IMG/VR virus record: IMGVR_UViG_3300034071_001420
Source: an uncultured virus (IMG/VR IMGVR_UViG_3300034071_001420)
Taxonomy: Duplodnaviria; Heunggongvirae; Uroviricota; Caudoviricetes
Direction: 5' to 3' (one strand)
Length of the DNA stretch: 64,000 bases
Below are positions 27,820 through 36,423 of the stretch, piece by piece (position 1 is the first letter of the stretch; every line of letters begins with the position of its first letter). The translations under genes and the position numbers were made by a program. The notes below the pieces were generated by a model. It worked only from the letters and a program-made list of their open reading frames with translations. It was not told the origin of the DNA and ran no database searches.

Positions 27820-29103
27820 GTGGCTAAATCTATAAAGGATACACGACGAAGCAAAACTATTGTAGTTGCTTTCGGTCGTTTTCAGCCACCAACTTCGGGA
27901 CACCAACTCCTTTTCAACAAGGTGGTAGACACGGCACACAAAATGGGAGCAGATCACGCGATTGGGTTTAGTCGCAGTCACGATCCCAAAAAGAATCCGT
28001 TGTCGCCATCTCGTAAATATTTTTGGTTGAAACGCCTATTCCCGGGAGTACATTTTTTAAACTCTGAAAAGATAAAGACCCCATTTGATCTGCTGTACAC
28101 GCTTGCAGAGATGGGGTACGAGCATGTGGTGTTTGTGGGTGGCGAAGATCGCAGCGAAGACTACGATGACAAAAACATCCGTAAACTAATGAAGCACTCT
28201 GATCCTAAACGCCGACTAAAACTAAAGCGTTACGATTTCGTCATGGCAGGCAAGCGTGATCCCAAAGCAACAGGTGTGCAGGGCATGAGTGCCAGCAAGA
28301 TGCGAGCCGCTGCCGAACAAGACAACAAGAAATCGTTTGCACAAGGAATGCCGTCTGCTGCGAGTCGTGACGATACTGTTCGCCTGTTTGATGAACTACA
28401 GCGTGGAATGCGTAAGGGCATGAAAGAAGAGTTTGACTTTACTGAACTGTACCATACCGCTGCTGCCAATATTATTGAAAGCGACAAGAACAAGCGTCGC
28501 CCACCCACACCCGGTCAGACAGGTGGATTCTCCAAGCACAACACACAGTTCCCAACCCCACCGTGCAAGATTGACGAAGACTTGGGTGATTGGTTCAAGC
28601 AGAAGTGGGTAAACATTGGTGGCAAGCGTGATCCAAAAACTGGAGAGTACCCCCCGTGTGGTCGCAAGAGTGCCAGCGAAGGCGGTTCGTACCCCAAGTG
28701 CCGACCTATGCGTAAGGTGGGCAAGACTCCTGAAACTGTGGGCGAGATGTCACCCAAGGAACGCAAGGCTGCTGTGTCACAAAAGCGACGAGCAGAATCC
28801 AAAGCGTCCAAGAGCGGCAAGGGCAACAAGCCTGTAATGACCAGCCACAAGTCTTTAGAAGAGGACTCGTCGTGCCCACGCACTCCGCAAAACAATGCTG
28901 AAAACACATGGGTAGCAGTAAAGGGCGGCAAGGTATATTTTTATATTGGTCGGTGCAGCCAGCCGTATCAAATATTCGGCAACGACGCAGTTTCAGCCAT
29001 CCGTTACGGGGAAGAAATCTATGTAACACTCCGTAACGGCAAAACCGCTATTTACCGAATAAACAACGGGCGAACGGTTTACGGTCCCGTCCGCATGACC
29101 TGA
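27820..29103 (+). CDS. HIGH-superfamily cytidylyltransferase-like protein with C-terminal extension
   Basis: FGRFQPPTSGH, KNPLS, VGGEDR, MSASKMR; extension DLGDWFKQKWV...CGR...YPKCRP; GTG start with RBS GGAGGTGA. Confidence 0.85.
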   Translation: MAKSIKDTRRSKTIVVAFGRFQPPTSGHQLLFNKVVDTAHKMGADHAIGFSRSHDPKKNPLSPSRKYFWLKRLFPGVHFLNSEKIKTPFDLLYTLAEMGYEHVVFVGGEDRSEDYDDKNIRKLMKHSDPKRRLKLKRYDFVMAGKRDPKATGVQGMSASKMRAAAEQDNKKSFAQGMPSAASRDDTVRLFDELQRGMRKGMKEEFDFTELYHTAAANIIESDKNKRRPPTPGQTGGFSKHNTQFPTPPCKIDEDLGDWFKQKWVNIGGKRDPKTGEYPPCGRKSASEGGSYPKCRPMRKVGKTPETVGEMSPKERKAAVSQKRRAESKASKSGKGNKPVMTSHKSLEEDSSCPRTPQNNAENTWVAVKGGKVYFYIGRCSQPYQIFGNDAVSAIRYGEEIYVTLRNGKTAIYRINNGRTVYGPVRMT

Positions 29104-29157
29104 CAGGAATATTTCACAGCCTAAATACTGAAAACACATTTACAAGGAATTCCACTC

Positions 29158-30762
29158 ATGGACTCTGCTATCAAATCAAAACTTCAAACCCTGTTGCGCC
29201 TTGGTCTAGTGTCACAAAACAATGTGCGTCGTGCTATGACCATGTTCCAAGACCCAGAGAAGTACAGCAAGAGTCCTGCTTACCGCACTCTCATGCAGGA
29301 ACTAATGGTGGATGTGGTGGACAAGATTGTGAACAACCGTGCCATGTACACCGCACTACGCTCCAGCCTGACCAAAGACAAGGGCGTAAAGGAAGCAGAC
29401 GAAACCATTGCTGCCACCACACAAAAGATTGGTGAAAGCGTTGAAACAGATCGTACCACAACCCTGCTGCGTAGTGGACTGGTTGACAAGACCCAAATCA
29501 CCGCTGCTCGCAAAGCACTAAAGTCCAAGAGCAATCTCAAGCAAATGAGCATGGGCAAGGTGTACCGTGAAATGATGATTAATATGCTAGACAGCCTTGT
29601 AAAGAAGATTACAGGTAGCCCTGCCCTGTTCAACGCTTTCAAGTTCACTATGGGCAAGGAAGGCAAGATTGAAGAGGCGTTTGACGGTGGAGACACAGAC
29701 ATTATTGCGCTGTTTGATCTGCACGAAGACGCACAAGAAATCCTTGAAGCCAACAAGCCCACCAATCCGTCTCTGTGGTCAAAAGCCAAGAGCATGGCAA
29801 GAAGCAAGTTTGATGTGTACCCGTCTGCGTATGCCAACGGATGGGCAGTCAAGTGGTACAACTCCAAGGGTGGCGGTTGGAAGAGCGTGAGCGAAGGCAA
29901 GACTTTCTTCCAGTTTGCAAATGATCTTGAAGAAGCCCTGACTCCTGCTCGTAAGGCAGTGATTGATCGTGAACGCAAGAAGGCTTCCGAAACCATGAAT
30001 CGTGCTAGCACTCCTACACCTGAACGCAACAAGGCATACGCTCGTGGCTCACGAGTCAACTACCTTGAACTCAAGGGACTAGCAAACAAGTCTGACAAAC
30101 AAGGCAGTGATTATCAGATCAACAAGCGTGAACACGCCAAGTGGCGTAAGACTGAAAAGAGCATGAAAGAAGAAACCCAAAGACTTGATGAGGTATCTCC
30201 ACCAGACATGGAGCACATGACTGGTTCCAAGAACGCCAAGGCTTCGTTCACCAAGCAGTACGGCAAGCGTGGCAAGAGCGTGATGTACGCCACTGCATGG
30301 AAACTCCACAACAAGAACAAGAAGAAGCGCGAAGTCAAGGAAGAGATTGAACAGATTGACGAGTTGAGCAAGGCGACCAAGGACTCGTATGTTGCCAAGC
30401 GTGGCTCACAACTCTCGTCCATGATGTACGGTTCTGGAAAGCACTACGCTTCGCTCACAGGCAGACAGCAAAAGAATGCCGTGAAGGGCATCAAGCGAGC
30501 CACAGGTGTCAAGGAAGAAGCCGAGCAGATTGACGAGTTGAGCAAAAAGACCCTTGCCTCGTATGTGCAAAAGGCACACGATTCCCAATCAGAAAAAGAG
30601 TTTCTGAAGGGACACAGCATGGGCAAAAAGTATCAGGCAGCAAGAGAAGCAGAGAAAAGAGGCGTGTCTACCCCACCAAGCAAAAAGACACCACTAGACA
30701 AAAAGTACAAAAATCGTGAGATGGGAATCGGTCGCGCACTAAAGCGTCTCCAAAAGGACTGA
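29158..30762 (+). CDS. Modular putative head-internal polyprotein
   Basis: Repeated EQIDELSK junctions; KFDVYPSAYANGW...GGGW and YGKRGKSVMYATAWK modules; CTAAATA promoter. Confidence 0.65.
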   Translation: MDSAIKSKLQTLLRLGLVSQNNVRRAMTMFQDPEKYSKSPAYRTLMQELMVDVVDKIVNNRAMYTALRSSLTKDKGVKEADETIAATTQKIGESVETDRTTTLLRSGLVDKTQITAARKALKSKSNLKQMSMGKVYREMMINMLDSLVKKITGSPALFNAFKFTMGKEGKIEEAFDGGDTDIIALFDLHEDAQEILEANKPTNPSLWSKAKSMARSKFDVYPSAYANGWAVKWYNSKGGGWKSVSEGKTFFQFANDLEEALTPARKAVIDRERKKASETMNRASTPTPERNKAYARGSRVNYLELKGLANKSDKQGSDYQINKREHAKWRKTEKSMKEETQRLDEVSPPDMEHMTGSKNAKASFTKQYGKRGKSVMYATAWKLHNKNKKKREVKEEIEQIDELSKATKDSYVAKRGSQLSSMMYGSGKHYASLTGRQQKNAVKGIKRATGVKEEAEQIDELSKKTLASYVQKAHDSQSEKEFLKGHSMGKKYQAAREAEKRGVSTPPSKKTPLDKKYKNREMGIGRALKRLQKD

Positions 30763-30768
30763 ACCCAA

Positions 30769-32433
30769 ATGATTAAGAAGCAAGGCAACAAGTTTGTAGT
30801 AACGAACAAGGCAGGCACTAAAGTATTGGGAACACATCCGTCCAAGGAAAAGGCACAGAAGCAACTCGCAGCAATTGAAATATCAAAGGCAAAACACATG
30901 CACGAAAACAAATCATTCAAGTCGTTCCGTAGCACTCTTAACGAGAGCGAGTACAGCGAAGTTCTAACAGGTTACGGCAACCGCTCTGCTCACAAGGACG
31001 ATGCAGGTTTGCACCACCTACAGTCTGCGGGTGCTCTTGCTGGTATTAATGCCATGCTTGCCACCATCAGCAAGGGCACTTACCTTGATCCCAACGAAGC
31101 GTTCCTCAAGATGAAGGTGCGTCTCAATGTGGTGCAACTAGACTTCCCGTGGAAGCCCCGTTCATGGGACGGTGGCGTGGGTTCGTTTGATATTCCTGTG
31201 GTGCAGTTTGGTCGCGTTGACGGCTACGACGCACAGACAGGACAGATTCGCTTTGACGGCAAGGCTAACCCCACAGGCGGCTACACCGAACTAAATCTGC
31301 ATGTTGAGGTTGGACTAAACGCGGATTCGCTGTACACCGTGAGTGCCAAACTAACTCCTGCCGTGCCTGTAGCGGAAGAGGTTGAAGTTGCAGAAGACTA
31401 CCAGACTCCTGCTCGTGAACGGGAAATGGATCGCAAAATAGCCAAACACGATGATGCTGCTGATAGTGCGTACAGAACTAGAATGACCAAATACGGCAAA
31501 GTTGCTGATCGTGCCTCTAAATCAGAAGACAAGCACGACAAGGCAATTGCTCGTCTTCTCAAGCGTTCCCAAAAAGAACAAGAGTCGTCCCGTACTTACG
31601 GTCGTAGCGGCAAACTTGTAAAGCGTGGTAGCCGTGCAGAGGTAAAGGAAGAGATGGAGCAGATTGACGAAGCAGGCGCAGCCAAACTGGCTCGTATGGG
31701 ATACGCATACGACCGCGCACGAGTCGGTGCTCGTGGTGTTCTGAATCCCGAGCGCAAAAAGCAAATGGGTGATGCGTACTACAAGCAGCGTGAAAAGGTA
31801 GAAGCCAACAAAGCCAAGCGAGTTGCAGCAGGCAAATTTGACAAGGGGCGTGAACTAGAAGCCCTCCACAAGAAGTACGAAATTCGTCGTGCTAAAAATA
31901 CCGTAAAGGAAGCACTCATTGGCGGTCAGAAGAAACTAGACCTGAACAAGAACAAGCGTCTTGACTCACAAGACTTTGCCATGCTTCGTGCCAAGAAAAA
32001 GTCGGTAAAAGAAGAAGCCCTTGTCGGCGGTCAGAAGAAACTAGACCTGAACAAGAACAAGCGTCTTGACTCACAAGACTTTGCCATGCTTCGTGCCAAG
32101 AAGAAGGCTATGAGCGAAGCCAAGAAGCCCATGATTAAGATTGGTCTAAACCCCAACAAGAAAATTGGTTACGAGGTTGCTTCAATCGGAGCAGGTGGCA
32201 AGAAGACTGTAGAGAAGTCTGTTGACTACACCATGCCCCATGTGAGGCGCGACACCACCAAGAAGGGTGTAAACGAAGCGAAAATGAAAACATGGAGTCC
32301 CCGCTTGGACAGACTAATGGCAAATCGTGACGCGATTCGCAGCAGACCCAAGAAGAGCATCCTGACCCAAAAAGTACAGGACGGCAAGAAGATTGGTGCT
32401 GCTCGCCCAATAGCCAAGTACGAGGGCAAGTGA
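30769..32433 (+). CDS. Modular putative head-internal polyprotein
   Basis: LGTHPSKEKA.KQL.AIE module, KSFKSFRSTLNE, EDYQTPARE module, two EF-hand-like repeats. Confidence 0.65.
   Translation: MIKKQGNKFVVTNKAGTKVLGTHPSKEKAQKQLAAIEISKAKHMHENKSFKSFRSTLNESEYSEVLTGYGNRSAHKDDAGLHHLQSAGALAGINAMLATISKGTYLDPNEAFLKMKVRLNVVQLDFPWKPRSWDGGVGSFDIPVVQFGRVDGYDAQTGQIRFDGKANPTGGYTELNLHVEVGLNADSLYTVSAKLTPAVPVAEEVEVAEDYQTPAREREMDRKIAKHDDAADSAYRTRMTKYGKVADRASKSEDKHDKAIARLLKRSQKEQESSRTYGRSGKLVKRGSRAEVKEEMEQIDEAGAAKLARMGYAYDRARVGARGVLNPERKKQMGDAYYKQREKVEANKAKRVAAGKFDKGRELEALHKKYEIRRAKNTVKEALIGGQKKLDLNKNKRLDSQDFAMLRAKKKSVKEEALVGGQKKLDLNKNKRLDSQDFAMLRAKKKAMSEAKKPMIKIGLNPNKKIGYEVASIGAGGKKTVEKSVDYTMPHVRRDTTKKGVNEAKMKTWSPRLDRLMANRDAIRSRPKKSILTQKVQDGKKIGAARPIAKYEGK
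31921..32102 (+). repeat. 77-bp exact direct repeat, period 105 bp
   Basis: Copies at 31921-31997 and 32026-32102 encode GGQKKLDLNKNKRLDSQDFAMLRAK. Confidence 0.9.
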
Positions 32434-32612
32434 AAGGTTTTTGGGAATACATCCGTCTGCGTCCAAACAAACCACTAGTGTTTGAGGACATCTTTATAGA
32501 TCAGGGAGTTGAACTCCAATCACCTGTGCCCGGTTCAAATGTTTCCGATGTGGACTTGACACCCAAAGAAAAGCAGAACAAGTTCAAGAAAAAGCAAGCC
32601 CTGAAGAAATAA
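32430..32612 (+). CDS. Small hypothetical protein
   Basis: GTGA overlap; MKGFWEYIR. Confidence 0.55.
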   Translation: MKGFWEYIRLRPNKPLVFEDIFIDQGVELQSPVPGSNVSDVDLTPKEKQNKFKKKQALKK

Positions 32613-32630
32613 ACGGTAAACCTATTCGTC

Positions 32631-33014
32631 ATGGATTTCAAGACTCTGAACCGAGACAATTTCATGCTTTACGCTATGGGGCAATACACCAACCCCCAGT
32701 GTAATGGCATGACTGAATTCACAGAAGACCTGAATCGTATAAAATATGTAAAGCGTCTTCTTAAAAAATACAACCGCAGCGGCAAGATTCGCCCCATCCT
32801 GCTCCTGAATCACTTGACTATTTTAGGAAATGTGTTTGGGCCTCGTGGTGCAGCACGAATGCTATTATTTAAATTGGAACCCAATCTGTACCCACCCCTG
32901 AAAACCGCACTTCTATATTTAAACTACATAGGAGAGGGCATGGTGCTTGAAAGCATACGCTTGGATACCATTCCCGTGGACGGACGGCTTGCAGAGGCTC
33001 TACGGAGCCTATAG
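32631..33014 (+). CDS. Conserved T4-like phage protein
   Basis: NFMLYA..YTNPQC...EF.EDL.RIKYVKRL...LLNH....NVFG. Confidence 0.75.
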   Translation: MDFKTLNRDNFMLYAMGQYTNPQCNGMTEFTEDLNRIKYVKRLLKKYNRSGKIRPILLLNHLTILGNVFGPRGAARMLLFKLEPNLYPPLKTALLYLNYIGEGMVLESIRLDTIPVDGRLAEALRSL

Positions 33015-33022
33015 GAGCGATT

Positions 33023-33238
33023 ATGAAGCGACTCAAACGGTTTGCACAGTTCATGGAACAGGACGGTGGCTTGCCCACCTCCGCTCCCACAAATATAACA
33101 GGGGCAGATCGTATTGCAGGCACAGGCAGCGATATTCCTCCCGTATCTCCCAAGAAGCGGTTTAATATTTTAAAGAGGAAGACCGCTAAACTCATAAATA
33201 ATAAGGTGATTGAAAACACTGATTTAGAAAGGAAGTGA
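33023..33238 (+). CDS. Small hypothetical protein with capsid-targeting-like N-terminus
   Basis: MKRLKRFAQFME, APTN....IAG. Confidence 0.6.
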   Translation: MKRLKRFAQFMEQDGGLPTSAPTNITGADRIAGTGSDIPPVSPKKRFNILKRKTAKLINNKVIENTDLERK

Positions 33239-33240
33239 AT

Positions 33241-33678
33241 ATGTTTACACCTGAACTACTTTCGTTGGTTGGCGGCGGCGCAGCAGGATTCCTGTTTCGC
33301 TACATGGCACAAAAGTCGCAAGACCAAAAAGAACTGTTCCAACAGATGATGGCTGCAAACGCGCAGACCACCAGTAACCAAGATAAAGCCGCAGAGCGTG
33401 TTCCCTACGATGTGGGGCGTGGCGTTCGTCAAGTAATCGTGCTGTCCATACTGTTCGGCACTTTCTTGGCTCCGTTCATCCTGCCGTTCTTTGGTCTGCC
33501 CACTTTTGTGGAAGTAGACGCAACCACTCCTGAAGGGCTGTTTGGGCTGATTCCACAAAGCACCAAGAAGTTTTTCGTGGAAATCAACGGCTACCTGTTC
33601 ACCTCTGAAAACCGTCAAATCTTGTTAAGCATCGTAGGATTCTATTTTGGTTCTGCTGCTGCGTCCAACAAGTCATAA
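33241..33678 (+). CDS. Membrane protein, holin-like candidate
   Basis: Two to three hydrophobic segments, C-terminal IVGFYFGS. Confidence 0.5.
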   Translation: MFTPELLSLVGGGAAGFLFRYMAQKSQDQKELFQQMMAANAQTTSNQDKAAERVPYDVGRGVRQVIVLSILFGTFLAPFILPFFGLPTFVEVDATTPEGLFGLIPQSTKKFFVEINGYLFTSENRQILLSIVGFYFGSAAASNKS

Positions 33679-33688
33679 GGAGTACACC

Positions 33689-33976
33689 ATGAAAGCCGTA
33701 TACACAATTCTGCTTGGACTACTGCTGACTGCCTGCAACACCGTTCCACAAATCGTTCCTGATTCCAGTGGCGACAGCGTGATTATGAAGCGATTGGATC
33801 ACGAAATTCAGCGTGGTGACAGCGGAAACTCTTGGGGATGGGTGCTATGGTATTTGCCCATCGTGCTGATTGCGTTTGCTTGGGCGTGGAAGGAATGGGT
33901 TCGCCCGTCCATCAATGCTCTTGAAAACGAAGACATTGACACCATCAAGAAGTACGACAACACACCCAAGCCTTAA
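33689..33976 (+). CDS. Lipoprotein with an additional transmembrane helix
   Basis: Lipobox LLTAC; WGWVLWYLPIVLIAFAWAW segment. Confidence 0.65.
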   Translation: MKAVYTILLGLLLTACNTVPQIVPDSSGDSVIMKRLDHEIQRGDSGNSWGWVLWYLPIVLIAFAWAWKEWVRPSINALENEDIDTIKKYDNTPKP

Positions 33977-34551
33977 TCCCCATCGGGATTCGCAGCGCGG
34001 ATGTTTTCGTACATCTTCTTGCAGATATAGTACGAGTCCACAATATCTGAAACGGGGCTACCAATCTCTTTACGATTGGGTGCTAGTACTGCTTTCAGGT
34101 GCATTCCTGTTTCCCACACAAACGCATCGTACATTTGGGTCTTGTCTGCGTTGCCCTTGCCTGATGCAAATTTCTTAACTTCGGTGGGTGGAATAATCGT
34201 GACAGGAACCCCTAGATGGTACAGTTTGTATTTCAGGATGCCTGTGTTTTCTGCAATATGAAATACTCGCCCACTTGCAGAATACGCATACCCCTCAAGT
34301 GCCACATGGGAGCAACCCATCACAATGTCAATAGCCCAATCTGCAATGCTCTCGTAGCGTTCCTGATCGGAGTTCCAATCGGACAGCCGCTCGCCGTAAA
34401 TATTCAGGGTACGAATTTCTGATTGTTTTTTGTTTTCGGTCAGGAAATAGAATGAACACTTGGTGTGATCCCACGGCAGCGAATCGTCTGGGTTGTTGTA
34501 CAAACAGACGGCGGGACCACAAAGAGAATAATCAATTCCTGCTATAACCAT
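33973..34551 (-). CDS. RuvC-like Holliday junction resolvase
   Basis: IAGIDYS, ALEGYAY, PTEVKKFASGKGNADK, DIVDSY. Confidence 0.82.
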   Translation of the reverse strand: MVIAGIDYSLCGPAVCLYNNPDDSLPWDHTKCSFYFLTENKKQSEIRTLNIYGERLSDWNSDQERYESIADWAIDIVMGCSHVALEGYAYSASGRVFHIAENTGILKYKLYHLGVPVTIIPPTEVKKFASGKGNADKTQMYDAFVWETGMHLKAVLAPNRKEIGSPVSDIVDSYYICKKMYENIRAANPDGD

Positions 34552-34599
34552 AACAGTATTTAGGGAACCTGACTAAATACGGTAAAGGAGGATTCAATA

Positions 34600-34815
34600 A
34601 TGATTCCAGAAAACAATGCAGAAAATTACAATGAAACTGTGCTGATCCCTCTGTTGGAAAAGAAGGTACACGCTCTGACTAGCAGCGTGATTCTAGCCGA
34701 AGCCAAACTAGAGATTGCCAACAAGGAAAAGGCTGAACTACAGAAGCAGTTGGACGCAGCACAGGCAGCAGCACAGTCTGTGCCTGTGACTGATGTGCTA
34801 GACGAAGGGGACTAA
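34600..34815 (+). CDS. Small coiled-coil protein
   Basis: CTAAATA promoter, RBS AAGGAGG, heptad pattern. Confidence 0.65.
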   Translation: MIPENNAENYNETVLIPLLEKKVHALTSSVILAEAKLEIANKEKAELQKQLDAAQAAAQSVPVTDVLDEGD

Positions 34816-34827
34816 ACCCCATCGCAT

Positions 34828-35592
34828 CTATAACGGGTTTCCTGATAACTCTAGAACTACTGCTCGCACCCACTCCGCTACAAGGTCTACCCGAGTAGCG
34901 GAGTTTTCATATATGGTAGAGTCTTTGGTGGCTAGTGAGGAAATGATTCCAACCAGCACGCCCCTGCTGTTCAGGACTGCGCCGCCTGAATCGCCAAAAT
35001 ACAGGGTTCCGTTGATTGGCAGCATTTTGAATACTGTGGGTTCTTCAATCAGGGTTCCGTAGTACCAAAACACATCAGGATTGCTACGGCGTTTGTAGCC
35101 TCCACCAAAACCAATCAGAGTAAGCGACTCGCCTTGAATGTATCGGTTACTTTTGCCCATGATGGGAACAGGAGTAACAGGGCAGTTACGCTCAAGCAGC
35201 CCAACTGCTGCGTCTTGGAACAAGCGATCCCCAATTTTGTATTTGGGGTGCATACGGTAGTCCACAATCTTGTACGATTCGCACCCCACCACGAACAGGT
35301 CAGCGTCACCGTCTTCCATGCAATGCCCTGCGGTAATGAAAACATTGGGTGCAATAAGTACTGCACTACCAATTTCAGAGCCATCGGCTTTGGCAAGCAT
35401 ACCAACTGCCAATTCCTCTGTTTGCTCGTCCAGTAGGGAAAAGCCGCCCATGAACCACGGAAGGTGTGTAGCGGGAATCCCTACTGGAGTTTTTTCCTGT
35501 GGTGTGTCGTATACCGACACCGATGCCTCGTCACATGCCCCGAAGAGTAGTGAGAGGGCCAGCAGAAGAGATGGAACATAGCCTCTCTGCAT
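34828..35592 (-). CDS. Trypsin-like (S1) serine protease, predicted lipoprotein
   Basis: Catalytic motifs TAGHC, QDAAV and GDSGG; lipobox LFGAC. Confidence 0.88.
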   Translation of the reverse strand: MQRGYVPSLLLALSLLFGACDEASVSVYDTPQEKTPVGIPATHLPWFMGGFSLLDEQTEELAVGMLAKADGSEIGSAVLIAPNVFITAGHCMEDGDADLFVVGCESYKIVDYRMHPKYKIGDRLFQDAAVGLLERNCPVTPVPIMGKSNRYIQGESLTLIGFGGGYKRRSNPDVFWYYGTLIEEPTVFKMLPINGTLYFGDSGGAVLNSRGVLVGIISSLATKDSTIYENSATRVDLVAEWVRAVVLELSGNPL

Positions 35593-35651
35593 ACAAATAT
35601 CTAGCCCACCCACCAACACAAAAATGTTGGAATTTCTTGAAGGTTTGTGCT

Positions 35652-35678
35652 AAAAGAAAAACCCCCTTGCGGGGGTTT
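35652..35678 (-). terminator. Intrinsic terminator
   Basis: AAACCCCC-ttgc-GGGGGTTT hairpin with a minus-strand U-run. Confidence 0.7.
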
Positions 35679-35708
35679 GGTGTGTGGGATCGGTTTTCAG
35701 CCTTCCAT

Positions 35709-36320
35709 TCAGTCACCGTACTCTGGGCCACGCCCGCCTGTGTAGGGACCACGCCGATGTGCTGCGTCTTCATAGCCTTGCATCTGTGCGTGATGATCCC
35801 GATCTCCTGCCCGACTCCTGTGCCATGCTTCGCTTTCTCTTTTCTGCCGTGCGTGTCGTTCAGCATCGGCTCGCTTTTTGGCACCCATATCCTGTTTGCG
35901 CTTCATGGCTCGCTTGTGGTCTTCTGATCCCTTGCGGACAGGCTTGCCGCCCTTGCCGTAAACGGTCTTTGACTTTTGTTCCTTGCGATGACGATCCTCC
36001 GCTGATTGAAGTTCCGCGTCAGCCTTTACTTGTCTTTCCCTTGCTGCTTTGCCTTTGGTCTGGTTACGGAGGCGAGTCGCCCAGTCTCCTGCACGGCGCG
36101 ACAGTTTCCGCAGATTCTTTTCGCTTTCCGCTTCGCGTTCTGGTGTCTGGATGTCTTCCAGCAGGGCATTAGGATCAAGTTCTAGTTCTTCACATAGAGC
36201 CAACAGCACTGTTTCTAGCAGTTCGTTGTACTCCATAGCCTCATCCAAAGCGGCTTGTGGGTTTTGGATGCGTGCAATGCTCTCGTTGAGCGAACGGAAT
36301 GTGTTGTGGTTGGTTCTCAT
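35709..36320 (-). CDS. Putative head-internal protein, paralogue of 17222-17782
   Basis: NTFRSLNESIARIQNPQAALDEAMEY; EDIQTPERE...YGKGGK; own CTAAATA promoter and terminator. Confidence 0.7.
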   Translation of the reverse strand: MRTNHNTFRSLNESIARIQNPQAALDEAMEYNELLETVLLALCEELELDPNALLEDIQTPEREAESEKNLRKLSRRAGDWATRLRNQTKGKAARERQVKADAELQSAEDRHRKEQKSKTVYGKGGKPVRKGSEDHKRAMKRKQDMGAKKRADAERHARQKRESEAWHRSRAGDRDHHAQMQGYEDAAHRRGPYTGGRGPEYGD

Positions 36321-36348
36321 TAGAATAATCTCCTATACTATATTTAGG

Positions 36349-36379
36349 AAAAGAAACAACCCCCATTTACGGGGGTTGT
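36349..36379 (-). terminator. Terminator after nrdJ
   Basis: ACAACCCCC/GGGGGTTGT hairpin with a minus-strand U-run. Confidence 0.7.
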
Positions 36380-36423
36380 CGGGCGGGAGATGCTATCTCC
36401 TGCGGGGCACAAGCCTGCGAAGT

